NCBI GenBank assembly: GCA_963810285.1
Contig: CAWEMV010000002.1
Location: 2,205,177 to 2,269,176 of the forward strand
DNA: 64,000 nt
Origin: an uncultured Chloroflexia bacterium
Lineage (GTDB): Bacteria > Chloroflexota > Limnocylindria > Limnocylindrales > CSP1-4
Reading direction: 5' to 3'
This document shows, in pieces, positions 1 to 9,417 of the stretch. Below the pieces are notes generated by a model. That model ran no database searches. It saw only the letters and a program-made list of their open reading frames with translations, and was not told where the DNA came from. Every line of letters starts with the position of its first letter. Position 1 is the stretch's first letter. A program made the position numbers and the translations under genes.

Positions 1-136
1 CGGTCATCGTCTGGCGGACGAGATCCCGCTGGCCGACGATGACGCGGCCGACCTCGCGCTCGATCGCCCCGGCGCGTTCGGCGAACGCCTCGGGCGCGAG
101 TCGCTCGGTCGGATCGATCGTGGCTGGCGATTCCAT
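1..136 (-). CDS. MoxR-like AAA+ ATPase, N-terminal 45 codons only (gene continues beyond the left edge)
   Basis: Reverse translation from the ATG at 136 gives MESPATIDPTERLAPEAFAERAGAIEREVGRVIVGQRDLVRQTMT. The 'vIVGQ..lv' segment is the usual MoxR N-terminus just before the Walker A. A GGAGG lies 4 nt upstream of the ATG. The fragment is too short to be certain. Confidence 0.45.
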   Translation of the reverse strand, partial: MESPATIDPTERLAPEAFAERAGAIEREVGRVIVGQRDLVRQTMT

Positions 137-176
137 GCGGCCTCCGGTTGCGGCGTCGACTTGGTGGTCGACGCCC

Positions 177-2115
177 CTAGTTCGACGGGTCGAGGGAGCT
201 GAAGTAGTCGCGCACGTAGTCCTTGATCGAGAGCGGCACGTAGCCCCGGTCGAGCGACGTCTGCGCGTAGTCGAAGAAATCGGCGTAGACCTGCTGGTAC
301 GGGGTCAGCGCGCCGTTGTCGGTGCCGGTGCCCGTCCCCTGGCCGCCCTGCGTCTGGCCGTCGCCGCCGGTACCGGCGACGTACGACGGGTCACCCGGCC
401 GACCGACGCGGTCGAACGGCGCGAACACCGACGACAGGTCCTCACCGAGCTCGGAAGGCCGGTTCGGGTTGGTCGGCCCGGCAGGGCGGCCGTTGCCGCC
501 AGTGCCCTGGCCGAGCGAGCGGGCGTTCGACCCGCCGCCGCCGATGGCGCCCTGACCTTGCCCTTGGCCTTGGCCCTGACCCTGACCTTGCCCTTGCCCT
601 TGGCCCTGCCCTTGGCCTTGACCCTGACCTTGCCCTTGCCCTTGCCCTTGGCCCTGCCCTTGGCCTTGACCCTGACCTTGCCCCTGCCCTTGGCCTTGAC
701 CTTGACCTTGACCTTGGCCTTGACCCTGACCCTGACCGCTGGGCTGCGGGCTGCCCTGCCCCTGCCCTTGCCCTTGGCCCTCCTTGACCCTGGCCCTGCT
801 GATCTCCCGGCTGGCCGGCATCGGCCAGGTCGCGCCGGGCGTCCTGGAGCCGCGACGCCGCCTCTGCCAGATCACGGTTGGTGTCGATGTTCGCCTGCGC
901 CCCTGCCATCGACTCGCCGAGCCGGTCGAGCGCGGACCGTGCTCCTGCGGGGTCGCCCTGGGCGAGGCTCTGCGCGGCATCGCGCAACGCGGTCGCGGCG
1001 CCACCATCGGCACTCGATGCCGTCGACTGCATCTCCGCAAGCTGCTGTGCAAGCGCCCGGCGCTCGGCCTCGGTCATGCCGTCGAGCTTGTCGCCGAGCT
1101 CCTTCAGGTCGTCCCTGGTCCTCTCCGGTTCGCCATCGCGGTTCGCGTCGGGGTCGCCGGTCGCCGCCCGCGACAGCGAGCGTGCGAGCGAGGTCATGGC
1201 GGATGCACGTTGCTCGGTCGCGGGGTCGATGCGCGCGCGGACGTCGCTTTCGACCGCACCGAGCTGGCGCAGGTTCGCGGCGAGCTCGCCGGGACGGTCC
1301 CGGAGCTGGCGAGCGAGCTCGCGCAGCTCCTCGGCGAGCCGGGTCCGCGGGTCCTCCGCGTCGCGACCCCTGGTCTCGAGATCGCGGGCGATCTCCTCGA
1401 GTCGATCGGCCTGGCGGTCCGCCGCCTCGCGGACCTCCTGTCGCTCGGCGATCACGGCGTTCTGCGGGTTGGGCAGGGCGACCACCGGAACGAGGAGCGC
1501 GACGGCCGCCATCGCGGCGATCGCAGGGTTCCGCGAGAAGCGTGGCTTGAACAACGCCGGCACCGTGCGCAGCGACTGCAGCGCATCTCGTCGCTGGCGT
1601 CGGACGAACCGGTCGGTCTCGGCGGCTTCGTCGACCGCGGCGACCGGGGCGTCGAGGTCGACGCCATCGGCGGGCGGCGTTGCCGAGCCGGGGAACGCGA
1701 CGGCCAGCTCGAGGGCCGACGACACGCGGTCTCCGAGCCCGCCCTCGACGTCGACGGCCAGCGCCGTCTCGCCGAGCGACGGACGAGCCAGGATGCACGC
1801 CGCGAGCCAGGCGAGCAGCACCACCGCCGGGATCGTCGCCGCGACCAGGGGAGCCGCCTCGAGCGGCATGAACCGTGCGATCGTCCAGACCGCGACCTCG
1901 CCGACGGCGATCGCCGCGAGCGCCATCCATCCGCGGCGGACGATCCGCCGCAGCCAGAGACGCCGCCGGTGCGGGGCGAGCGATGAGCGGATCGCGTCCA
2001 AGGCCGGGTCGAGCGGGCCGTCGAGGGCCTCGCGCGGATCGGGTGGGACCAGCGCGCCACCGTGCGCCGCCCGGGCCGGTCGCAGCGCGGCGGGGACGCG
2101 AAGCGTCAGGCTCAT
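177..2115 (-). pseudogene. membrane-anchored coiled-coil protein with a long (GQ)n tract (DUF4175-like). The reading frame is broken once in this sequence (N-part ORF 442..2115, C-part ORF 177..1052).
   Basis: The ATG at 2115 overlaps the permease stop (ATGA). The N-part has TM helices (WMALAAIAVGEVAVWTIARF, LVAATIPAVVLLAWLAACILA) followed by a long E/R/A-rich helical region. The C-part continues in the frame of ORF 177..1052, through the GQ tract, to a well-formed end ...TPYQQVYADFFDYAQTSLDRGYVPLSIKDYVRDYFSSLDPSN. The two frames join at 778-783 (one extra G in GGAGGG on the coding strand). The span is 1939 nt = 3n+1. Confidence 0.6.
549..795 (-). repeat. coding hexanucleotide microsatellite (CCY-TTG/CTG on the plus strand) encoding G(QG)31, plus flanking shorter GQ runs
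   Basis: I read nt 549-737 codon by codon. They form 63 uninterrupted alternating Gly (GGN) and Gln (CAR) codons. Further GQ runs at 753-779 and 784-795 are separated by SPQPS. The Gly-codon choice shows an imperfect higher-order periodicity of about 48-54 nt. Confidence 0.9.
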
Positions 2116-3290
2116 GCCACCGGCCCCGCACCGTCCGCGGGCGGCGCAGGCGTGCGAGGCCCACGCCTGACCCGCCAGCGGCGGGTCGGCGATACCGCCT
2201 GGACCGACAGGGCGATGAAGACCACCGACAGGACGAGCCATGTCACGACGCTCTTCGTCCACAACCGATCGCGCTCGGGGCCGAAGGCCTGGACGGCGTT
2301 CACCCCGATCCCGGGCTCGGTCTGGCCGCCACCCACGGCGACGCCGCCGATCGCTACCGGTGCCCGCTCGCCGCCGAAGCCGGGCGGTGGCGGCACCGGG
2401 ATCACTCCGCCGTCGCGGATCACGACGCCGTTGTCGTTCGGGACCAGGCCGTTGACGAACTGGCACCAGCCGCCGCTGAACGTCGACTCGGTGCCGCACA
2501 GCACGTCGGCCTGGGCAACGAACGGGTTCATCCAGGCGAGCACGGCCGGCGTTCGGATCCCCAGCACGCCCGGGCGCTGGTTGCCGTTGTCGTCCACGTC
2601 CGAAAGTGCCTGCCAGAACACGAGCACGAACACCGTCCCGATGGTGATCGCCAGCACGCCGAAGATCGTGATCGCGGTCGACGCGGTCGTCCGCTTCACG
2701 AGGCTCGAGCAGAACAACCCGAAGGCCCCGAAGCCGATCGCCGCGACGATCAGCACGAGGTAGCCGCGGATCACGTCATCCGGGCCGACGCCGCCGAACA
2801 CGAACACCACGGCCATCAACGGGATCGACGCCGCGATGAGCAGGAAGACGTAGACCAGCGCCGAGAGCAGCTTCCCGATGACGATCGCAAGCGAGCTGAT
2901 CGGCGTCGTGACCAGCAGATCGAGGGTCTGCTTCTCACGCTCGAGCGAGATCGCGCCCGCGGTCGACGACGGGGCGAGGAACACCACCTGGAGCGTCATC
3001 AGCATCAGCAGGGCGGCGAAGATCCCCTGGCCGATGGCCGGACCCGCCGATGCCGGCGTCCCGATCAGGCGCTCGGCGTAGTCCGCCTCCATGACCCGCT
3101 CGACCATCAGGGCGAACAGGCCGAGCAGCACGAGGTAGATGGTCAGGATCACGAAGGCCCGACGGCCGCGCATCCGGCCGCGCAGCTCCTTGACCCCGAT
3201 CGCCGTCACGCCGCCGACGGTGCGCGCGAACGATGACCAGCGAGGCGCATGCGGCGGGACCGGCGTGGTCGTCGCGGTCAGCTCGGTCAT
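2112..3290 (-). CDS. ABC-2 family transporter permease
   Basis: 392-aa ORF with about 6 TM segments and the ABC-2/NosY-like motif 'GAISLEREKQTLDLLVTTPIS'. It lies directly downstream of the ABC ATPase (10-nt spacer). Its stop overlaps the next start (ATGA). Confidence 0.85.
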   Translation of the reverse strand: MTELTATTTPVPPHAPRWSSFARTVGGVTAIGVKELRGRMRGRRAFVILTIYLVLLGLFALMVERVMEADYAERLIGTPASAGPAIGQGIFAALLMLMTLQVVFLAPSSTAGAISLEREKQTLDLLVTTPISSLAIVIGKLLSALVYVFLLIAASIPLMAVVFVFGGVGPDDVIRGYLVLIVAAIGFGAFGLFCSSLVKRTTASTAITIFGVLAITIGTVFVLVFWQALSDVDDNGNQRPGVLGIRTPAVLAWMNPFVAQADVLCGTESTFSGGWCQFVNGLVPNDNGVVIRDGGVIPVPPPPGFGGERAPVAIGGVAVGGGQTEPGIGVNAVQAFGPERDRLWTKSVVTWLVLSVVFIALSVQAVSPTRRWRVRRGPRTPAPPADGAGPVA

Positions 3291-3300
3291 CGCCGGTGCC

Positions 3301-4263
3301 TCATGCCACGGCCACGGGTTCGCGGTCCGGCGACGTCACCTGGAGGAACAGCTCCTCGAGGTCGCTCGCAGCGCGGGCGAAGCTCAGGATCGGCAGTCCG
3401 GCCGCGATCGATGACGCGAGGAGACGCGCCGTCGCCTCGTCGTCGCCGCGGAACCCGAGCTCGATGGTCCCGTCCTCGAGCACGACGGCGGAGGCGACGT
3501 CGGGATCGGCGGCGAACCGGTCGCGCGCGGCGTCGAGCGCCTCACCCTCGAGCAGCAACCGGACCCGGAGCACGGCCCCGAAGCGCAGCCGTCGCTCGAT
3601 GTCGGCCACCCGGCCCTGGGCGAGCACCAGACCGCGGTCGATGATCGCGACGCTCGTGCACAGTTCCTCGAGCTCGGGAAGGATGTGGCTGCTGATGAGG
3701 ATCGTCTTGCCCATCGCCCGCAGCTCGCGCAGCAGCTCGCGGAGCTCGACCCGGGCACGCGGGTCGAGGCCCGACGCCGGCTCGTCGAGCAGCAGCACCT
3801 GCGGGTCGTGGACGAGCGCGTGCGCGAGGCACAGCCGCTGCTGCATGCCGCGCGACAGCGTCTGGACGTAGGCGTCCCGCTTGTCGCCGAGGTCGACGAG
3901 CTCGAGCAGGTCGGCGATGACCCGTCGCCGCGCGGCCGGGGCGAGACCGTAGCAGCGGGCGAAGAAGTCCAGGTACTCCCAGACCTTCATGTCGTCGTAC
4001 ACCCCGAACGCGTCCGGCATGAACCCGAGGACGCGTCGGACGTGGTCCGGGTTCCGGGTCACCGACATGCCGGCGATCTCGGCCGAGCCGGCCGACGGCT
4101 GGAGCAGCGTGGCCAGGATGCGTAGCGTGGTCGTCTTGCCGGCGCCATTCGGGCCGACCAGCCCGAAGATCTCGCCCGACTGGACGCTCAGGTCGACGCC
4201 CGCCACGGCGAGCGTGCCGTCGTAGCGCTTGACGAGGCCCTCGGTCCGCACGATCTCGGTCAC
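3301..4263 (-). CDS. ABC transporter ATP-binding protein
   Basis: Walker A GPNGAGKTT, signature LSRGMQQRL and Walker B LLLDEPASGLD are present. The GTG start at 4263 overlaps the upstream gene stop (GTGA). Confidence 0.92.
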   Translation of the reverse strand: MTEIVRTEGLVKRYDGTLAVAGVDLSVQSGEIFGLVGPNGAGKTTTLRILATLLQPSAGSAEIAGMSVTRNPDHVRRVLGFMPDAFGVYDDMKVWEYLDFFARCYGLAPAARRRVIADLLELVDLGDKRDAYVQTLSRGMQQRLCLAHALVHDPQVLLLDEPASGLDPRARVELRELLRELRAMGKTILISSHILPELEELCTSVAIIDRGLVLAQGRVADIERRLRFGAVLRVRLLLEGEALDAARDRFAADPDVASAVVLEDGTIELGFRGDDEATARLLASSIAAGLPILSFARAASDLEELFLQVTSPDREPVAVA

Positions 4264-6783
4264 GACACGTCACCGGTGATCGTCAGGTCGAAGTTGAAGC
4301 CGACACCGTCGTTGGATTCGTTGACGTAGCGGACGAGGACCGTGCCAGTCGCGGGGTCGACGTACCGTGCAGGGTCCCCGACCCGGTAGGTCCAGCCTCC
4401 GGTCATGTGCGGCAGCCGGCGCCACGTGGCACTGGTCCGGTCGTACAGCTCGACCTCCGGCAGGCCGTCGAAGTCGCGTTCGACGCAGCCGTCGACGATC
4501 TCGCCAGGCTCGCAGATCACCGGGATGTCGGTGATCGGCTCGATCGGCTGCGGGTCGCCGGCGACGATGTCGCCGAAGTTGAAGCCGATGACGAGCTCGG
4601 TCGCATGCATCGTCCCGTCGAACGACAACGGGCGATACGCCACCTCCGCGCTGCCCCGGCCGAAGTTGATGTTGACCTGGTCCTTGTTGAACATCGCGGC
4701 GTCGCTGGCGAGGACCGTGCTCTGGATCAGGTCCCGGTGGAACGAGGTCGAGCCGCTGATCGCGATGTCCGCCGGCAGGAACCACAGGATGCTGCCCGTG
4801 TGGCGGGCCGCCTGGCCCTCGATCTGGATCGGCAGCAGCTCGCGCTCCGACCAGCCGAGCACGACCGGGCCGTCGAGCGCCAGCTGGACGCTCGACCCGA
4901 ACTGCGGGTCGAAGGTCAGCTGATCGATGATCAGGTGGCGCGTGTTCTGGCGAGCCCCGTCTTCGCCGACCCGCTCCGGCTCGCCGAAGAACATCGAGCC
5001 GACCACCTTGTCGGACAGCTGCTGGTTGAGCTGGGCGGGCTCGATGGCGGTGTCGACCGTCGCCGACGCCCCCGGCGCGAGGTCGTCGAGGCGGGCGACG
5101 CTGCCGCCGAGGACGATGGCCGGCTCCTGGATGGTCTCCTCGGAGGCATTGGTGATCGTCCCCTTGAGCCGCCCGTCCTCGAGCCGCAGGTCGGTCCGGA
5201 CGAGCGGCACGTCGACGGCGCTCTCGGCCTTGATCGTCCGCAGCGACCCGAAGCCGACGCCCAGATCGCGGATCCGCGACGGGTCGCCCTGGAGCACGTC
5301 CAGGCCGGTCCCGCCCGCCTGCGCGCCGCCGAAGTCGCCGCTGACCGGGGTCGACAGCAGCGCACCACCGGGCACGCGGATCTGGTAGGTGCGACGGGTC
5401 GGCGAGAAGATCCCGTAATACGCCTGGGCGATGCCTTCAGTGGCGCCGGGGGCGCCGCGCACGATGGCGACCTCGTTGACGATGACGTCGCTGCCGCGGA
5501 GGAGCGATCCGAAGCCGTACGCACCCACGGCGAACGCGACGATCAGCGCCGGCATCGTGACCCACGCCCACTCGCGCTTGTCGAAGTGGCGCAGGACCAG
5601 GTAGTTGATCGGGCCGATCAGGAGGATGTAGCCGCCGAGCAGCGCGATGAGGCCCTCGATCGGCGGCAGCGCGAGGGTGGGCAGCTGCGAGGCCGCCTGG
5701 ACGATCTGGCTGTCGTCGCCGCCCAGCGCCGCGCCCGGTGTGCGGGTCGGGATGAACCGCCGCCAGAGGCCCTCCGCCTGGGCGGTGCCCGCCAGCCACT
5801 CGGCCGTCGGGTCGAACCCGAGGATCGTGACGGAGCCCGCGCCGTACGCCCGCTCCGCGGCCACCGCCTGCTCACCGACGCTGGCGAGGGCTCGACCGGC
5901 CGTCAGCTCGCCGGAGAGCGCCGGCACGTCGGTCGCGTCGGCCGGGATCCGGCCGAGCAGCGCTTCGAGCGACGACGCCGCGACGTCCGTTGTCGTGGTG
6001 GGACGGTAGGGGAGGAGGTCGTCGGGGAACGCCGACAGGCTCGCCGGCCCAGCCGTCCCGCCGGCGATGATCAGGCGACCGCCGCCGGCGACCCAGCCGC
6101 GCATCGCCGCCAGCTGGTCGGCGTCGAGGGCCGTCGTAGTCGGTGTCCTGCCAGATCAGCCGGTCGATCGCGCCCCACGCCTCGACCCTGGTGGGCAGGT
6201 CGGCCGGTGCCAGGCCGACGGTGAGCGGCTTGACGTTGTTCGCGTTCGGCAGGAGGTCGAGGTCGCCGATGATCTCGCCCGGATCCTCGGCCACGATGCC
6301 GACGGTCAGCTGCCCGATGTCGTGGACCGAGAACTCCGCCGCGGCGGTCGCGATGGTCGAGGGGCCGTCGACCAGGCTGATCTCGAGCTCGCGACCGAAG
6401 CCCGGCGGCTGCGCGTACAGGCGGTACGTCTTGTCGGACTGGGTGGGGACGTCGACCACCGTGCCGAATACCGTGCGACCCTGGACGCCGCCCGGCATCC
6501 GCAGCTCGCCGGAGATCGGCGGCCCGTCGTTCGCGAGATGCACGTCGATGGCCATCCACGACCCGACCCGGGCGTGGCCGTTCAACAGGACCCGGGCCTC
6601 CATCGTGAGACCGGGTGGCGGCGCGACCGCATGCACGGGCCGGCCGGCGGCCGCCGGAGCCGCGACGATGCCCGTCAGCAGCGCGATGGCCGCGCCGGCG
6701 CGCGCGAACCTCGAAACCCCCTTGAACCCTCGTTGACGCACGCAGACTCCGATGCTGCCGGTAGGCGGGATGAGTCGGAGCAT
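4260..6783 (-). pseudogene. large exported/membrane protein with a GldG/DUF4350-like 'ABC-transporter auxiliary' segment. The reading frame is broken once in this sequence (ORFs 5872..6825 and 4260..6104).
   Basis: N-terminal signal-like FARAGAAIALLTGIVAAPAAAG. The sensible translation crosses frames at 6130-6132: ...IDRLIWQDTDYD / ALDADQLAAMRGWVAGGGRLIIAGG... (one extra G on the coding strand). There are two central TM helices (GLIALLGGYILLIGPINYLVL, WVTMPALIVAFAVGAYGFGSLL). The span is 3n+1. The start is 6783 or 6825. Confidence 0.55.
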
Positions 6784-6926
6784 GGACGCCTGACCCCCGG
6801 CGAAAGTTGCGTCAGGACGCGACATGTCGGCCGGCCGACGCCCCGGTCGCGGTCCGGACGGGACCTATCGTACGATGAGGCGGTCCCACGAGCCGCCGGC
6901 CGCTGGCCATCACCCCTGAGGGATCC

Positions 6927-8249
6927 GTGCCCGATCTCCGACCCTTCCGCGCCCTGCGCTTCGACGCGTCCAGCGTCGGGGATGTCGCTGCCGTCGTCGC
7001 GCCGCCCTACGACGTCATCGACGATGCGACGCGTTCGCGTCTGGTCGAGCGCCACCCCGCCAACGTCGTCCGGCTCGACTTCCCGGTGGAGGCGGTCGGC
7101 GACGAACCTGACGACCGCTATCGACGAGCCGCCAAGACGCTCGCCGCGTGGCGCTCGGATGGGACGCTACGCAAGGACCCGCACCCGTCGATCTATGTCT
7201 ACGAGCAGACCTACCGGGTGCCCGGCACCGACATCGAGCGGGCGCAGCGCGGCTTCTTCGCCCGGCTCAAGCTCGAGGCCTTCGAGCCGGATGGCGGCGT
7301 CCTGCCGCACGAGCGCACCCTGACCGCCCCCAAGGAGGACCGCTACAAGCTGCTCCGTGCGACCGGCGTGAACACGAGTCCCGTCGTCGGCCTGTTCGAC
7401 GACGCGGGCGGCAGGACGGGGGAGAGGCTCGCGGCCGTGGCCGCCGGTCCGCCGGACGCCGACGTCGTCGACGATGACGGCGTGCGCCATCGGATGTGGG
7501 CGCTGCCCGCGTCGGGCGACGGCCCCGCGAGCGTCGTGGCCGGCGAGCTGCTGGCGGCGGGCGAGCGCGGGCCGATCACCATCGCCGACGGCCACCACCG
7601 TTACGAGACCGCCTTGCGCTACCGGGACGAGCGGCGGATGACCCGTTCGTGCGAGGAGGATCCGCCCTTCGACTACCTGCTCGCGCTGCTGCTCGAGGCG
7701 ACCGGCCAGCCGCTGACGGTGCTGCCGACCCATCGTTTGGTGTGCGGCATCGGCGCCGGTGGCGCGGCGACGCTCCTCGAGCGGACGAACGAGCTGTTCA
7801 CGGTCGAGCCGATCGACTCGTCGGCGGCGCTCGTCCGCGCATTCGGACCCGACGAGGCCGCCGGCGGCCGCGGTCGGTTCGGGCTGTGGACGCGCGGTGG
7901 CGGCGCGATCCTGACGGCCCGGCGCGATGCGTTCGCGCCGCATCTGCCCGAGAGCGGCGAGGCGCTTCGCTCGCTGGATGTGACGCTGCTCGGCGTCGTC
8001 CTGGAGCGGCTGGCCGGGCTCGACGCCGCGGCGGTCGAGGGCGGCGCGATCCGCTACACGAAGTCGGCCCCGGAGGCGATCAAGGCGGTCGAGGGCTGGG
8101 ACGGTGTCGATGCCGCGTTCCTGCTGGAGCCGACCCCGGTGGCGTCGATCGAGGCGGTCGCCCGAGAACGCGACGTGATGCCCCAGAAATCCACGTACTT
8201 CTACCCGAAGGCCCTGACCGGCCTCGTCATCAATCCGCACGAATGGTGA
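6927..8249 (+). CDS. DUF1015 family protein
   Basis: The N-terminus MPDLRPFRALRFD...VVAPPYDVIDD and '...LPHERTLTAPKEDRYKLLRATGVNTSPV' are the characteristic DUF1015 blocks. Confidence 0.85.
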   Translation: MPDLRPFRALRFDASSVGDVAAVVAPPYDVIDDATRSRLVERHPANVVRLDFPVEAVGDEPDDRYRRAAKTLAAWRSDGTLRKDPHPSIYVYEQTYRVPGTDIERAQRGFFARLKLEAFEPDGGVLPHERTLTAPKEDRYKLLRATGVNTSPVVGLFDDAGGRTGERLAAVAAGPPDADVVDDDGVRHRMWALPASGDGPASVVAGELLAAGERGPITIADGHHRYETALRYRDERRMTRSCEEDPPFDYLLALLLEATGQPLTVLPTHRLVCGIGAGGAATLLERTNELFTVEPIDSSAALVRAFGPDEAAGGRGRFGLWTRGGGAILTARRDAFAPHLPESGEALRSLDVTLLGVVLERLAGLDAAAVEGGAIRYTKSAPEAIKAVEGWDGVDAAFLLEPTPVASIEAVARERDVMPQKSTYFYPKALTGLVINPHEW

Positions 8250-9136
8250 ACCGCATGCCCGACCCGATCCCGGAGCCCATCCTGTCGCGTGCCGCCCAGG
8301 TCCCGCCATCGAGCGGCCGGCCGGTGCGCAAGGACGAGATCGAGCTGCACGACCGCGGCGTCTACATCGAGTCGTGGCTGCCCGAGCGTCGCTCCCGGCG
8401 CAAGCCGCTCGCGTTCGTCCACGGTGAGCTCGCCGGGTCATGGGTCTGGGAGCGGTACCTCGGCTACTTCGCCGGACGAGGCTGGGAAGGCCACGCGATC
8501 AACCTCCAGAACCACTATTGGTCGCGGACCGAGGACCCGACGACGCTGTCCTTCGACACGTACGTCGAGGACGTGGTCGCGGCGCTCGACCGGCTCGGGC
8601 CGACCACGGTGGCCGTCGGGCACGGGATGGGCGGGCTGCTCGTCCTCAAGGCCGCCGAGCGGGTGGCGATCTCGGGTCTCGTGCTCATCGCTCCCGAGCT
8701 GCCGCGCGACCTGCGTCCGCCCGCCCGCCCGTACCAGCTGCGGGAGATCCCTGAGGTCTACGGCCGGAACGTGATCGGCTGGGAGACCCTGCCCGAGAAG
8801 CTGCTGCGCGACCAGCGCGACCTGACCCTCGCCGACGTTCTGCGCATCCAGCACCTGCTCGGCCAGAAGCCGCACGAATCGGGAGCGGCCCGGCGGCAGG
8901 TGCTGGCCGGCGTGCCGGTCGACCGGCGCGTCGTCTCCGACATCCCGCGCCTCGTCATCAGCGGTGGCCTCGACCGGGGCACGTCGCTCGATGACGCCGA
9001 GCGGTTGGCCGAGTGGCTGGACGCCGAGTACGAGCCCTTCGGAGCGCACTCGCACTACGGGCTGGTGCACGGCGAGCAGAGCTTCCAGCAGGTCGCCGAG
9101 GCCGTCCGGACCTTCCTCGAGACGCACCGGCTCTGA
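8243..9136 (+). CDS. alpha/beta-hydrolase-fold protein with the nucleophile Ser replaced by Gly (GHGMGG)
   Basis: The ATG at 8243 overlaps the DUF1015 stop (ATGGTGA). It has an oxyanion-type 'FVHGELAGSWVW', a nucleophile elbow 'VAVGHGMGGLLVLKAA', 'ISGGLDRG' and a C-terminal 'GAHSHYGLVHGE'. Confidence 0.75.
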   Translation: MVNRMPDPIPEPILSRAAQVPPSSGRPVRKDEIELHDRGVYIESWLPERRSRRKPLAFVHGELAGSWVWERYLGYFAGRGWEGHAINLQNHYWSRTEDPTTLSFDTYVEDVVAALDRLGPTTVAVGHGMGGLLVLKAAERVAISGLVLIAPELPRDLRPPARPYQLREIPEVYGRNVIGWETLPEKLLRDQRDLTLADVLRIQHLLGQKPHESGAARRQVLAGVPVDRRVVSDIPRLVISGGLDRGTSLDDAERLAEWLDAEYEPFGAHSHYGLVHGEQSFQQVAEAVRTFLETHRL

Positions 9137-9417
9137 CCTCGCCGGGCGGGCCTCGCCCGTCCCGAAACCGGCTCTCCGTGCGGACCGGCGTGCACGGGCT
9201 TGACCGTGTCTGAAACAATGGCGGCCGCAGGGAGCACGTTCCCGGTGACCGCCCGCCCTCTCGGATCGCCCAATCGCCGCGGTCGCCACCCCCCAATGGA
9301 ACGCCCGCCCTTCACTGCGGGCCCCCAGCTCCCTGAACGCCTCCCGGGCTGCGCCGAGGCACGTCCGGACAGCCTTCGTTCGCCGCCCCCAGCGGCGTCC
9401 AGGTAGGAAGGAGCAAC

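Noticed and set aside
549-795. Regular short-period DNA repeat that could be mistaken for a CRISPR array or non-coding satellite.
   Set aside because: The period is 6 nt with no spacers. It lies in-frame inside a gene and encodes pure Gly-Gln. No cas genes are present.
39-2499. Many long overlapping ORFs in the six-frame track, here and throughout. Examples: 39..1550, 784..1986, 872..2164, 878..2170, 17324..18751, 17670..18878, 24790..26502, 31398..33293, 37355..39898 and 58773..60416.
   Set aside because: Their translations are dominated by Arg/Pro/Ala/Gly/Ser runs with no motifs. They lie in alternate frames or antisense to ORFs that have clear family signatures. This is the expected artefact of stop-codon-poor, GC-rich DNA.
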